Assembly (NCBI GenBank): GCA_903921325.1
Contig: CAIXPL010000025.1
Span: 4,905-68,904, forward strand
From: an uncultured Pseudomonadota bacterium
GTDB taxonomy: Bacteria > Pseudomonadota > Gammaproteobacteria > Burkholderiales > SG8-39
DNA: 64,000 bases
Direction of reading: 5' to 3'
Position 1 is the stretch's first letter. Every line of letters starts with the position of its first letter. Shown in pieces: positions 1-9,162 of this stretch. The translations under genes were made by a program, and so were the position numbers. The notes beneath the pieces are model-generated. The model did not search any database. It had not been told where the DNA came from and was given only the letters and a program-made list of their open reading frames with translations.

Positions 1-687
1 ATAGATGCTGTGAGTGACGAATAAAATTGTGAGCTTGCGCTCCCACCAGAGGCGCAACAGATCGGCATCAAGGCGATTGCGGGTGATCTCATCGAGTGCG
101 CCAAACGGTTCATCCATCAGCAATAAATCGGGCTGATCGACCAAGGCGCGCGCAATGGACGCCCGCATCTGCATGCCGCCCGAGAGCTGGCGCGGGAAGT
201 GGCGACCAAACTGACCCAATCCCACCGTGCCCAGCGCCTGATCGACCCGAGGGTCGGACTGCACTCTGGGCACGCGCGCGAGGTCAAGTGGCAACCGAAC
301 ATTGGTGGCCACATTGGCCCAGGGCATGAGGGTGGCATCCTGAAACACGAACACCAGCTTGCGCCCCGGCTGACCAACCGACTCATGGCCACCACGCCAC
401 CAGCGCAGACGGCCCTCACTGGGCTCGATCAGATGCGCCACCATTTTGAGCAGGGTGGATTTGCCACATCCCGAGGGACCGAGCAGGGTAATAAACTCGC
501 CCTGGCCGACGGTCAGATCAATGGGTTCAAGCGCCCGCGTGCCATTAGGGAAGACTTTTTCAGCGGACAGCACTTCCACCACAGGCGCCGCGGACGGGGT
601 AGTTGCCAACACGGTGGGCTGGGTGTCTGCGGCCGCGGCAGGTTGGGTGGTTGCGAGCGCCACGGGCGCGGTCGTTGCGCTCATCAT
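1..687 (-). CDS. ABC transporter ATP-binding protein, NitT/TauT (nitrate/sulfonate/taurine) type; C-terminus cut by window edge
   Basis: Own reverse-strand translation; the ORF is absent from the track because there is no stop inside the window. Walker A LLGPSGCGKST, signature QLSGGMQMRASIARAL, Walker B DLLLMDEPFGALD, and ...KLTILFVTHSIY at nt 1. The ATG at 687-685 overlaps the TGA (686-684) of the upstream amidohydrolase gene. Confidence 0.85.
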   Translation of the reverse strand, partial: MMSATTAPVALATTQPAAAADTQPTVLATTPSAAPVVEVLSAEKVFPNGTRALEPIDLTVGQGEFITLLGPSGCGKSTLLKMVAHLIEPSEGRLRWWRGGHESVGQPGRKLVFVFQDATLMPWANVATNVRLPLDLARVPRVQSDPRVDQALGTVGLGQFGRHFPRQLSGGMQMRASIARALVDQPDLLLMDEPFGALDEITRNRLDADLLRLWWERKLTILFVTHSIY

Positions 688-2090
688 GCATTGCCTCGAA
701 GCAGGTCGGTACCGACCAGGTTGCGTGCAAGTGCGCGGTGGCGTGCCAGGTGCGCGGGTAGATCAAGCGTCTGGAGCTCGCCCTCTCGGACGACGACGCG
801 GCCATTGACCACGCAATGGCGGGCCTGGGCCGGTGCACAAAAAACCAATGCGCCCAGGGGATCGTGACCGGCACCGGCAAAACCCACGCCATTCAAATCA
901 AACACGGCCAGATCAGCCGCCATCCCGGGCGCAAGCACGCCGACATCGCTGCGACCGAGCACTCGCGCCCCACCACGGGTTGCGCACTGCAGCGCTTCGC
1001 GAGCCGACAGTGCGGCCGGGTTGCCACCGACGCGTGACAGCAACAAGGCCTGGCGTACCTCGGCTAGCAGATGACTGCCATCGTTGGAGGCGCTGCCATC
1101 AACGGCAATGGACACTGGCACACCCGCATCCAGCATGGCGCGAATCGGCGCAATGCCTGATGCCAGACGCATATTGGAGCTGGGACAATGCGCCACGCCG
1201 GTGCCGCTGGCAGCAAATGCGGCGATACCCGCGCTGTCCAGCTTCACGCAGTGTGCATGCCACACATCATCACCCAGCCACTCGAGGCGTTCACAGTATT
1301 GCGCCGGGGTACAGTTGAAACGCTCGCGGGTGTAGTCCACATCGCGCTGGTTTTCTGCCAGATGGGTGTGCAACCTCACCCGGCGATCGCGCGCAAGGCG
1401 ACGAGTGTCGCGCATCAAACCTTCGCTCACCGAGAAGGGCGAACAGGGCGCCAGCGCGATGCGCACCATGGCCTGATCGGCGCCATCGTGCCAGGTATCG
1501 ATCAAGCGCTCACAGTCACGCAGCACTGCATCTTCCTGCTCGCACAAGGCATCGGGTGGCAAACCACCCGATGATTGTCCAACGCTCATTGAGCCGCGCG
1601 TTGCGTGGAAACGCAAACCGATCTCGACAGCGACCTCAATGGTGTCATCCAGGGTGCTGCCATTGGGGTACAGATACAGGTGATCGGCGGCAGTAGTGCA
1701 ACCACTTAGCAACAGCTCGGCCATGGCAGTGGTTGCCGATACGCGAATCATTTCAGGGGTGAGCGCCTGCCAGATCGGGTAGTGCAGCATCAACCAATCG
1801 AACAGTTCGGCATTCTGCCCGGCCGGCACCGCACGGGTGAGTGTCTGGAAAAAATGATGATGGGTGTTGATCAGCCCCGGCAGTACCACGCAATCGCGGC
1901 AATCAAGGACCTGATCTGCGTCGATGGCGAGTTCGGCGGCGGGGCCGATGGCCGCAATGGTCTGACCACGAATGAGAACTGATGCATCGCGCAGTTCGCG
2001 GTCCGTGCCGTCCATGGTGGCCACCATGGACGCATGGCGCAACAGCAAGGTGGCCTGAGGGTGGTTCGCGGTCCGGTTCATAGTACCCAT
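684..2090 (-). CDS. Metal-dependent amidohydrolase, TRZ/ATZ-SsnA family (8-oxoguanine/guanine deaminase-like)
   Basis: 468-aa ORF with amidohydrolase motifs LINTHHHFFQ (HxH), LHTHLAEN, VAHCPSSNMRLASG and SIAVDGSASND. It lies directly downstream of xdhABC. An alternative ATG at 2081 gives an ATGA overlap with the xdhC stop. Confidence 0.8.
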   Translation of the reverse strand: MGTMNRTANHPQATLLLRHASMVATMDGTDRELRDASVLIRGQTIAAIGPAAELAIDADQVLDCRDCVVLPGLINTHHHFFQTLTRAVPAGQNAELFDWLMLHYPIWQALTPEMIRVSATTAMAELLLSGCTTAADHLYLYPNGSTLDDTIEVAVEIGLRFHATRGSMSVGQSSGGLPPDALCEQEDAVLRDCERLIDTWHDGADQAMVRIALAPCSPFSVSEGLMRDTRRLARDRRVRLHTHLAENQRDVDYTRERFNCTPAQYCERLEWLGDDVWHAHCVKLDSAGIAAFAASGTGVAHCPSSNMRLASGIAPIRAMLDAGVPVSIAVDGSASNDGSHLLAEVRQALLLSRVGGNPAALSAREALQCATRGGARVLGRSDVGVLAPGMAADLAVFDLNGVGFAGAGHDPLGALVFCAPAQARHCVVNGRVVVREGELQTLDLPAHLARHRALARNLVGTDLLRGNA

Positions 2091-3106
2091 GCCGTTTGGG
2101 CGCGGTCCGGTTCAGCCATGGCAGCATCACACCTTGCCGCGCCAGGCAGCACTTGCGCAAGGCGCTCGCGCACTTGCAAAATCTGCGCGACCACTGCCGC
2201 GGCAATGACAGCGGGCTCCTTGCCTTCGATGCCATCAACGCCAATGGGACATGTCAGCCGTGCGAAATGGGAGGTATCGAGGCCGCGTTGCGTCAGACGC
2301 CGCTGGAAAGTTGCTCGTTTGGTGGCCGAGCCAATCAATCCGGTATAGGCGAGGTCGTCGCGGCGTAGCAATTTTTCGCACAACGCCTGGTCGAGAGAGT
2401 GACTATGGGTAAGTACCAGCACAAATCCGCCGGGCGCAATGTGATCGACCCAATCGAGCGGACTCGCTGCCTCAATGGCCCGTACGTTAGCGGGCAGCGA
2501 GTCGGGGAATATATCCGGGCGCTCATCGATCCAACTCAACCGGCACGGCAATAATGCAAGCGCCGCGACCAGGGCGCGACCGACATGACCGGCTCCAAAC
2601 ACGGCGATATCAAATCCCGGTTGCACGATTTTTTCCACGAACAAGCGCGTCCCCTTCACCACCACCAGACCGGTCGCGACGCGTTCGCCCAGATTGCTCA
2701 GAGAAGGCTGAAACTGCCGCCCCTCCTCCCGTCGGTCAAGGTCGCAGCGCAGCCAGAACGAGTCGCCAGCGAGATACCGGTCACAGGCCTGCTGCACCCA
2801 GCCCGGCTGCGGCCAATCAATACGTTCCAGCACCAGGGTAACGGCGCCGCCGCAACATTGGCCGAGGGAGGGGCCTAACGCGACACGCTCGATCAGCGGC
2901 TGATCGGACGTTCGATGAAGTAATTCGCGAGCAAGTTGAACCGCTTTCCATTCCAGTTGCCCGCCGCCGATCGTGCCGAACGCAGCGTGGGCGCTCACGA
3001 CCATGCGGGCGCCGGTCTCGCGCGGGGTAGAACCTTCGGCATGCACCACGGCCAGAATCACACACGGTTCAAGCTGCCTCGCCAGAATTGTCAGCCAGTG
3101 ATCCAT
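2078..3106 (-). CDS. xdhC: Xanthine dehydrogenase accessory (maturation) protein XdhC
   Basis: Track ORF 2078-3319 trimmed to ATG 3106 (MDHWLTILARQLEPCVILAVVHAEGSTPRE...), a typical XdhC N-terminus. GGGQLEW and Rossmann-like VFGAGHVGRALV motifs are present. Position is after xdhB. An alternative start near 3190 cannot be excluded. Confidence 0.8.
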   Translation of the reverse strand: MDHWLTILARQLEPCVILAVVHAEGSTPRETGARMVVSAHAAFGTIGGGQLEWKAVQLARELLHRTSDQPLIERVALGPSLGQCCGGAVTLVLERIDWPQPGWVQQACDRYLAGDSFWLRCDLDRREEGRQFQPSLSNLGERVATGLVVVKGTRLFVEKIVQPGFDIAVFGAGHVGRALVAALALLPCRLSWIDERPDIFPDSLPANVRAIEAASPLDWVDHIAPGGFVLVLTHSHSLDQALCEKLLRRDDLAYTGLIGSATKRATFQRRLTQRGLDTSHFARLTCPIGVDGIEGKEPAVIAAAVVAQILQVRERLAQVLPGAARCDAAMAEPDRAQTAWVL

Positions 3107-3197
3107 AGGACCGCTCACCGCCGCCGCAGCGGGAACGAACTCCGTCCGCGGGTTAATGGCTGATGCAGTGATCGGTGCGTGCATTCCCATCGGCAGA

Positions 3198-5525
3198 TTA
3201 AACCGTCCCTGCGCGCTGCACATCAATCGCCGCCAGAATGCGCTCGGCCGTCGCGGGGGCGTCGAGGCTGACTGCGAGGCGGTAGTCAGCCACCGCCGAG
3301 ATGGCATCCTTGATGGCAAGAAACGCCGAGATCGGCAGCATCAGCGGCGGCTCGCCGACCGCCTTCGAGCGGTGTACCGTGTCCTCGATATTGCGCCCGC
3401 GCTCATACAAGCGAACGTCGAAATGTTCGGGCACGTCGCTGGCCACCGGAATCTTGTACGTCGACGGCGCATGGGTGCGCAAGCGCCCCGAACGATCCCA
3501 GACCAGCTCTTCGGTGGTAAGCCAACCCAGTCCCTGCACAAACCCACCTTCGACCTGCCCGCGATCGATGGCCGGATTGATCGAGTGCCCCACGTCATGC
3601 AATGCATCGACCCGCAGCAGCCGCGACTCCCCGGTCAGCACGTCGACCGCGACCTCGGATACTGCCGCACCGTAGGAGAAATAGTGAAAGGGCCTGCCGA
3701 TCAGCGTCTCCGGGTCGTAACCAATCTTCGGAGTGCGATAAAACCCGGTTGCCGACAGCGGTACCCGATTCATATGGGCGAGCCGGGCAGCCTCTGCAAA
3801 ACTCATGCTGCGTCCAGCCGCGCGTAGTTCGCCAGCCACCAATTGCACGGCGGCACTGTCGACGCCAAATGACTGCGCGGCCACCCCGGCCAGCCGTTCG
3901 CGCAAGGTAAGCGCGGCAATCTGCGCCGCGTGAGCATTGATATCGGTGCCGCTGGAGGCCGCGGTAGGTGACGTGTTTGGAACTTTGCCAGTGTTCGTGG
4001 CTGCTACACGAATATGCGACACATCGATCTTGAACACCTCGGCCACGACCTGCGCCACCTTGGTGTACAAGCCCTGCCCCATTTCCGTGCCGCCATGATT
4101 CACCGATACGCTGCCGTCGGTGTATACATTGATCAGCGCCGAACCCTGATTCATGAAACTTGCTGTGAAGGCGATACCAAACTTCAATGGCGTGAGCGCG
4201 ATGCCCCGTTTGGTCCATGCGCTGCTGCGGTTCCACTCGCGGATCTGCAACCGTCGCGATGCGTAATCCGAGAAATCAGCCAGCTCGTCGACCAGATCCG
4301 GAAGGATGAAATCCTCAACGGTTTGGCCATAGTGGGTGACGGCGCGCTCGCCCGTACCATAGAAATTACGCCGCCTCACCTCAAGCGGGTCGAGTGCGAG
4401 GGCGCGTGCGACGTCGTCGATCACCGCTTCGATTGCAAGCATTCCCTGCGGACCGCCAAAACCGCGAAAGGCGGTGGCCGATTGCATATGTGTCTTCAGG
4501 CGCAGCGAGCTCACTCGCACGGCCGGCAGGAAATAGGCGTTATCGGCGTGCAGCACGGCGCGATCATTCACCGCACGCGACAAGTCCACCGAAAAACCAC
4601 AACGCGATGCAAGGGTCAGGTCGACACCCAGCAGATGGCCTTCGGCGTCGTAGCCCACCGAATAGTCAGCCCGAAAATCATGCCGCTTGCCGGTGATCAA
4701 GAAATCATCGTCGCGGTCATAGCGCAATTTGACCGGCCGCGCCAGATGCAGCGCGGCGACTGCGGCGGCGCACGCGGGCAGTGTGGCCTGCGACTCCTTG
4801 CCGCCAAATCCGCCGCCCATGCGACGGCACTCGACCACCACCGCATTGGCGCTCACACCCAGTGCCGCCGCGATCTTGGTCTGACCTTCGGTCGGATGCT
4901 GTGTCGAACTGTAGACCAGCATGGTGCCGTCTTCACGCGGCACCGCGTAGGCGATCTGCCCTTCCAGGTAGAACTGCTCCTGACCACCGATGCCGATGCG
5001 CCCGCTCAGTCGCAATGGCGCATCGGCCAGTGCATCGGCGCAGGCGCCACGCGCCAAGGTGACGCCGGGAAGAATGAAGGACTCGGCCGCGATCGCCGCG
5101 TCATAGTCGAGCAGGGCAGGCAAAGGCTGGTATTCGGTTTTCGCCAGGCGCACCGCGCGCCGCGCTTGATCGACAGTCGTCGCGACCACCATGAAAATTG
5201 GTTGCCCGACGTATTGCACGCTGCCTTCAGCCAGGATCGGATCGTCATGAATGACCGGGGCGCAGTCGTTGACACCTGGAACATCGGCGGCGGTGAACAC
5301 TGCGACGACCCCTGGGGCCGCGCGTACCGCCGCCAGATCGCGCGTCACAATCCGCGCATGGGCCTGGCTGGATAAGCCCAGGGCGGCGTGCACCGTACCG
5401 CGCAACTCGGGTATGTCATCGGTATAGCGCGCCTCGCCGGTAACATGCAAATGGGCGCTGTCATGGGTAATCGACTCGCCGACCACATTGCAATCGACCG
5501 GGCTGGTGCAGTCCGCATTGTTCAT
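3198..5525 (-). CDS. xdhB: Xanthine dehydrogenase molybdopterin-binding large subunit
   Basis: Track ORF trimmed to MNNADC... (ATG 5525), which makes an ATGA overlap with the xdhA stop. Aldehyde-oxidase/xanthine-dehydrogenase family motifs GGGFGGKE and FRGFGGPQG are present. Confidence 0.9.
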   Translation of the reverse strand: MNNADCTSPVDCNVVGESITHDSAHLHVTGEARYTDDIPELRGTVHAALGLSSQAHARIVTRDLAAVRAAPGVVAVFTAADVPGVNDCAPVIHDDPILAEGSVQYVGQPIFMVVATTVDQARRAVRLAKTEYQPLPALLDYDAAIAAESFILPGVTLARGACADALADAPLRLSGRIGIGGQEQFYLEGQIAYAVPREDGTMLVYSSTQHPTEGQTKIAAALGVSANAVVVECRRMGGGFGGKESQATLPACAAAVAALHLARPVKLRYDRDDDFLITGKRHDFRADYSVGYDAEGHLLGVDLTLASRCGFSVDLSRAVNDRAVLHADNAYFLPAVRVSSLRLKTHMQSATAFRGFGGPQGMLAIEAVIDDVARALALDPLEVRRRNFYGTGERAVTHYGQTVEDFILPDLVDELADFSDYASRRLQIREWNRSSAWTKRGIALTPLKFGIAFTASFMNQGSALINVYTDGSVSVNHGGTEMGQGLYTKVAQVVAEVFKIDVSHIRVAATNTGKVPNTSPTAASSGTDINAHAAQIAALTLRERLAGVAAQSFGVDSAAVQLVAGELRAAGRSMSFAEAARLAHMNRVPLSATGFYRTPKIGYDPETLIGRPFHYFSYGAAVSEVAVDVLTGESRLLRVDALHDVGHSINPAIDRGQVEGGFVQGLGWLTTEELVWDRSGRLRTHAPSTYKIPVASDVPEHFDVRLYERGRNIEDTVHRSKAVGEPPLMLPISAFLAIKDAISAVADYRLAVSLDAPATAERILAAIDVQRAGTV

Positions 5526-7102
5526 TGGGCCAGTCTCGCATCCATTTCGGACAAACGCAGATGAACTTCCTGCGCGGTTTCGATCAGACATTTGCGCAAC
5601 AGATTCTGCGCCACCGCCATGCGATAACGAGCGCTTGCACGCATGTCATCGATCGGTTTGAAATCGAGCGCCAATGCATTGACCGCGGCCTCGATTGCGC
5701 GGGTGTCGAATGGGGCCCCCAGCAAGGCCTGCTCAGCCGCAGGCGCGCGACGCGCGATCGCATCCATGCCGCCGAATGCCAGGCGCGCCTCGCTCACGAT
5801 GCCCTCATGCAGGCTGATTGCAAAACCCGCGCTCACCGCCGAGATGTCCTGGTCGAAGCGCTTGGATATCTTGTAGGCTGAAAACCGGACGCCGGACGCC
5901 GGGCGCGGTATCCACACCGATTGGATGAATTCGCCACGCTGCATCGCGTTTTTCATATAACCCAGATAAAACGACTCGAGCGCGACCACCCGGGTGCTGA
6001 CCCCCTGGCGCAAAGTCAACTCCGCACCGAGGGCAATCAGCGCCGGCATCGAGTCACCGATTGGCGACCCGTTTGCCAGATTTCCAACCAAGGTGCCGGC
6101 ATTGCGCACCGGCAGCGAAGCAAATCGCCGGTACAGCTCGCCCAGTTCGGGATGCACATCATTGAGTGCCGGGCGTGCGGCTTCCAGGGTGGCGGCCGCG
6201 CCTATGCGCAGCCCGTTGGCGGAGAGCACAATCTCATCGAGGCCCTCGACGGCACCCAGGTAAATAAGATCACCCAGGTCGCGGTGCTGCTTGGTGACCC
6301 AAAGGCCGACATCGGTTCCACCGGCGAGCAGACGAGCGTCCGGATGGTTGAAGCGCAGTTGCGCCAGTTCGTCAAGCGTACGTGGCCGGAAAAAGCGTCG
6401 GCCACCGCCCTCGAACACAACTGCCTCTGTGCGTTGCAGTGCCGCCAACTGCTCGGCGACCGGCTGGCTTGCCGCGTCGCGTAGTGACGGGGCGCTTGCG
6501 GCGCTGGGCAATAACCAGTGGCTCGTCGCGGGCGGTCCATCCTGACCCAGCGCATACATCGCACGTGCCGCGTCGATAATCGGCCGGTAACCAGTGCAGC
6601 GGCATAGATTGCCCGCCAGAGCGTCGTTGATCTGTGCATGGCTGGGGGCGGCGCAATTGCGGTACAGCGCAAACAGCGACATGACAAATCCAGGCGTGCA
6701 GAATCCGCACTGCGATCCATGGCAGTCAACCATGGCCTGTTGCACCGGGTGCAACGCTGACTTGCGATCAGTGAGCGCGAGACCCGGGCTATCGCTGCGG
6801 GCGCACGCGGTGAGACTCTCGACGGTGACCAGCGCCTTGCCATCGAGCGTCGCGGCAAACTGAATGCAGGCATTCACCGACTTTTGCAACAGCTCGCCCT
6901 GCGCGGTCGCCTCGACCATCACCACCGTGCACGCACCACAATCGCCCTCGGCGCAGCCCTCTTTGGTGCCAACCCGACCCAGGTCCTCACGCAGCACCTG
7001 GAGCACGGTGCGATCCGGCGCGACTGCGTCCAGGGCCACGACCGCCCCGTCGAGCAGAAATTGAACTCGGGCGGCTGGAATCGGCTCGGCGGATGACGGC
7101 AT
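5522..7102 (-). CDS. xdhA: Xanthine dehydrogenase small subunit (2Fe-2S plus FAD-binding domains)
   Basis: 526 aa. Iron-sulfur motifs GCAEGDCGACTV, CHGSQCGFCTPGFVMS and NLCRCTGYRPI. FAD-binding segment LLAGGTDVGLWVTK. Confidence 0.9.
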   Translation of the reverse strand: MPSSAEPIPAARVQFLLDGAVVALDAVAPDRTVLQVLREDLGRVGTKEGCAEGDCGACTVVMVEATAQGELLQKSVNACIQFAATLDGKALVTVESLTACARSDSPGLALTDRKSALHPVQQAMVDCHGSQCGFCTPGFVMSLFALYRNCAAPSHAQINDALAGNLCRCTGYRPIIDAARAMYALGQDGPPATSHWLLPSAASAPSLRDAASQPVAEQLAALQRTEAVVFEGGGRRFFRPRTLDELAQLRFNHPDARLLAGGTDVGLWVTKQHRDLGDLIYLGAVEGLDEIVLSANGLRIGAAATLEAARPALNDVHPELGELYRRFASLPVRNAGTLVGNLANGSPIGDSMPALIALGAELTLRQGVSTRVVALESFYLGYMKNAMQRGEFIQSVWIPRPASGVRFSAYKISKRFDQDISAVSAGFAISLHEGIVSEARLAFGGMDAIARRAPAAEQALLGAPFDTRAIEAAVNALALDFKPIDDMRASARYRMAVAQNLLRKCLIETAQEVHLRLSEMDARLAQ

Positions 7103-7467
7103 CAGTGGCTCGCGTCGTGGATGGATGGGATCACTGCGGATTGGTTCTCAAAGGAAGCACGGTTCATGCCGGACTGTCAGGTCAAATGGCAATGCGACGC
7201 TCAGTCGGCGTTGATTCCGCGCACCCCGGAATGCACCGTTATAATGCAGCCGCCCCAAAATGATACATCTGTCCCGCTGGATGCATGTCAGCAGGGCAGT
7301 TGAGAGCAAGCGAGACGCGCAGAACAGCCCGCACTGACAGGCACCCAGGCATGGGACCGATCACGGTGGCAGGTTTCTTGCGTTTGGAGATAAGGGCCAG
7401 GCGGACTGTGTGCGTAGGGACGCTCGCATTCGCCGCGCCATGCCATGCATAGGGAAGAGATACCGTA

Positions 7468-8289
7468 ATGTCGCAAGCTGCCGATTTGCCTGCCGAAGCG
7501 CCGAGCGCGCGGGTCCTGGTCGATTTCGACCGGGTTGATCTTGCCTATGACGACACCGGTGGCAACGCGATCGAGGATGTCTCCCTCACCATACGCGAGG
7601 GCGAATTTGTCGCCGTCGTCGGGCCGTCAGGCTGCGGCAAGTCGACCTTCATGAAACTCGTATCCGGTCTGCGCCCGCCCAGCGAAGGGACGGTGATCGT
7701 GGACGGGCGCGAAGTGAGCGGCCCGATCAAGATTGTCGGGATGGCGTTTCAGGCGCCCACCCTGCTGCCGTGGCGCACCGCGATGGACAACCTCATGCTG
7801 CCCCTCGAGATTGTCGAACCCTACCGTTCCAACCTGAAACAGAACCGCGCCGAGTATGAGGCGCGCGCCCGCGGATTACTGAAAACCGTCGGTCTGGAGG
7901 GCAACGAGGACAAGTTTCCCTGGCAGCTCTCCGGCGGCATGCAGCAACGCGCTTCCATCTGCCGGGCACTGATCCACGAACCCAAACTGCTGCTGCTCGA
8001 TGAGCCCTTCGGCGCACTTGACGCGTTCACCCGGGAAGAGCTCTGGTGTGTATTGCGCGATCTGTGGATGGAAAAGCGATTCACGGTCATTCTGGTCACC
8101 CACGACTTGCGCGAAGCGACTTTTCTGGCCGACACGGTCTACGTAATGTCACGTCGACCGGGTCGCATCCTGGTGCGCAAATCCATTGAACTACCCCGTC
8201 CGCGCGATCTCGAGATCACCTACGAGGAGCGTTTCACTGACATCGTGCTTGAGCTGCGCGAGCACATCGGCCGCATACGCAAGGCCTGA
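7468..8289 (+). CDS. ABC transporter ATP-binding protein, NitT/TauT type
   Basis: Walker A GPSGCGKST, signature LSGGMQQRASICRAL, Walker B LLLLDEPFGALD, H-loop VTHD. A GGGAAGAGA Shine-Dalgarno-like run lies about 8 nt before the ATG. Confidence 0.9.
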   Translation: MSQAADLPAEAPSARVLVDFDRVDLAYDDTGGNAIEDVSLTIREGEFVAVVGPSGCGKSTFMKLVSGLRPPSEGTVIVDGREVSGPIKIVGMAFQAPTLLPWRTAMDNLMLPLEIVEPYRSNLKQNRAEYEARARGLLKTVGLEGNEDKFPWQLSGGMQQRASICRALIHEPKLLLLDEPFGALDAFTREELWCVLRDLWMEKRFTVILVTHDLREATFLADTVYVMSRRPGRILVRKSIELPRPRDLEITYEERFTDIVLELREHIGRIRKA

Positions 8290-8326
8290 TCCGCGCTCAT
8301 TGCAACACCGTCTGGAGTCTTGCTGA

Positions 8327-9103
8327 ATGGCAACGAAGAAACCGACCAACGACGCCTGGGCACCCTGGGCGTTCTTTATCGCGATCCTGATCGTGTGGCA
8401 GGGCGTCTGTACTGGATTCGCCGTCTCCGAGTTCATTTTTCCGAGCCCGATTGCGATCGTCAAATCGTTGATCGAATTCGCCGGACCGATCGCGGACCAC
8501 GCCTGGCAGACCTTCTGGACCACACTGGCCGGATTTGGCATCGGTGTGGTTGTCGGCCTGCTGCTTGGTTTCATCATCGGCTCATCGCGATTCATGTACA
8601 ACGCACTCTATCCGCTGATGATCGGATTCAATTCGATTCCGAAAGCGGCCTTTGTGCCGATTTTGGTGGTGTGGTTCGGAATCGGCACGGTACCAGCCAT
8701 TCTGACTGCGTTCCTGATTTCGTTCTTTCCGATCGTGGTGAATGTGGCCACCGGTCTTGCTACCCTGGAACCAGAGTTGGAAGACGTGCTGCGCGCGCTG
8801 GGCGCGAAGCGGATCGATGTGCTGCTCAAAGTCGGCCTGCCACGATCGCTGCCCTATTTTTTCGCTTCACTGAAAGTGTCCATCACGCTCGCCTTCGTCG
8901 GTTCAGTGGTGTCTGAAACTGTGGCTGCCAACAAGGGCATCGGTTATCTGATGATGTCGGCGGGCTCCTCGATGCGTATGGGCCTGGTGTTCGCCGGCCT
9001 GATCGTGATCAGCGCCATGGCGATGGTGATGTATGTGGCCTTTGCGGCCCTGGAAAAGCGCATGACCGGCTGGGCGACGCGGGGAATGGACTCGCGCCAA
9101 TGA
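8327..9103 (+). CDS. ABC transporter permease, NitT/TauT (SsuC/TauC-like) type
   Basis: 258 aa, multi-pass hydrophobic protein. EAA-loop-like segment ELEDVLRALGAKRIDVLLKVGLPRSLPYF. It follows the ATPase after 37 nt. Confidence 0.85.
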   Translation: MATKKPTNDAWAPWAFFIAILIVWQGVCTGFAVSEFIFPSPIAIVKSLIEFAGPIADHAWQTFWTTLAGFGIGVVVGLLLGFIIGSSRFMYNALYPLMIGFNSIPKAAFVPILVVWFGIGTVPAILTAFLISFFPIVVNVATGLATLEPELEDVLRALGAKRIDVLLKVGLPRSLPYFFASLKVSITLAFVGSVVSETVAANKGIGYLMMSAGSSMRMGLVFAGLIVISAMAMVMYVAFAALEKRMTGWATRGMDSRQ

Positions 9104-9162
9104 ACCGTGGCGCACGCAGCCGCGTGAGCATCGGCAATCGTGGGGCGGGGTGCGGCGTGAGG

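Noticed and set aside
7290-7460. Possible TPP or guanidine (ykkC) riboswitch in the ABC-transporter leader; fragments UUGAGAG and GCAUAGGGAAG resemble CUGAGA and GCGUAGGGAA of the THI box.
   Set aside because: The order and spacing are wrong. There is no P3 hairpin before UGAGA, no ACCUGAUC…UAAU core and no P4/P5 pairing. No ykkC hallmarks (GGUCCGAGAG, ACACGG, GGGA…CCCGGGAGA) are visible. Only an Rfam scan could revive this idea.
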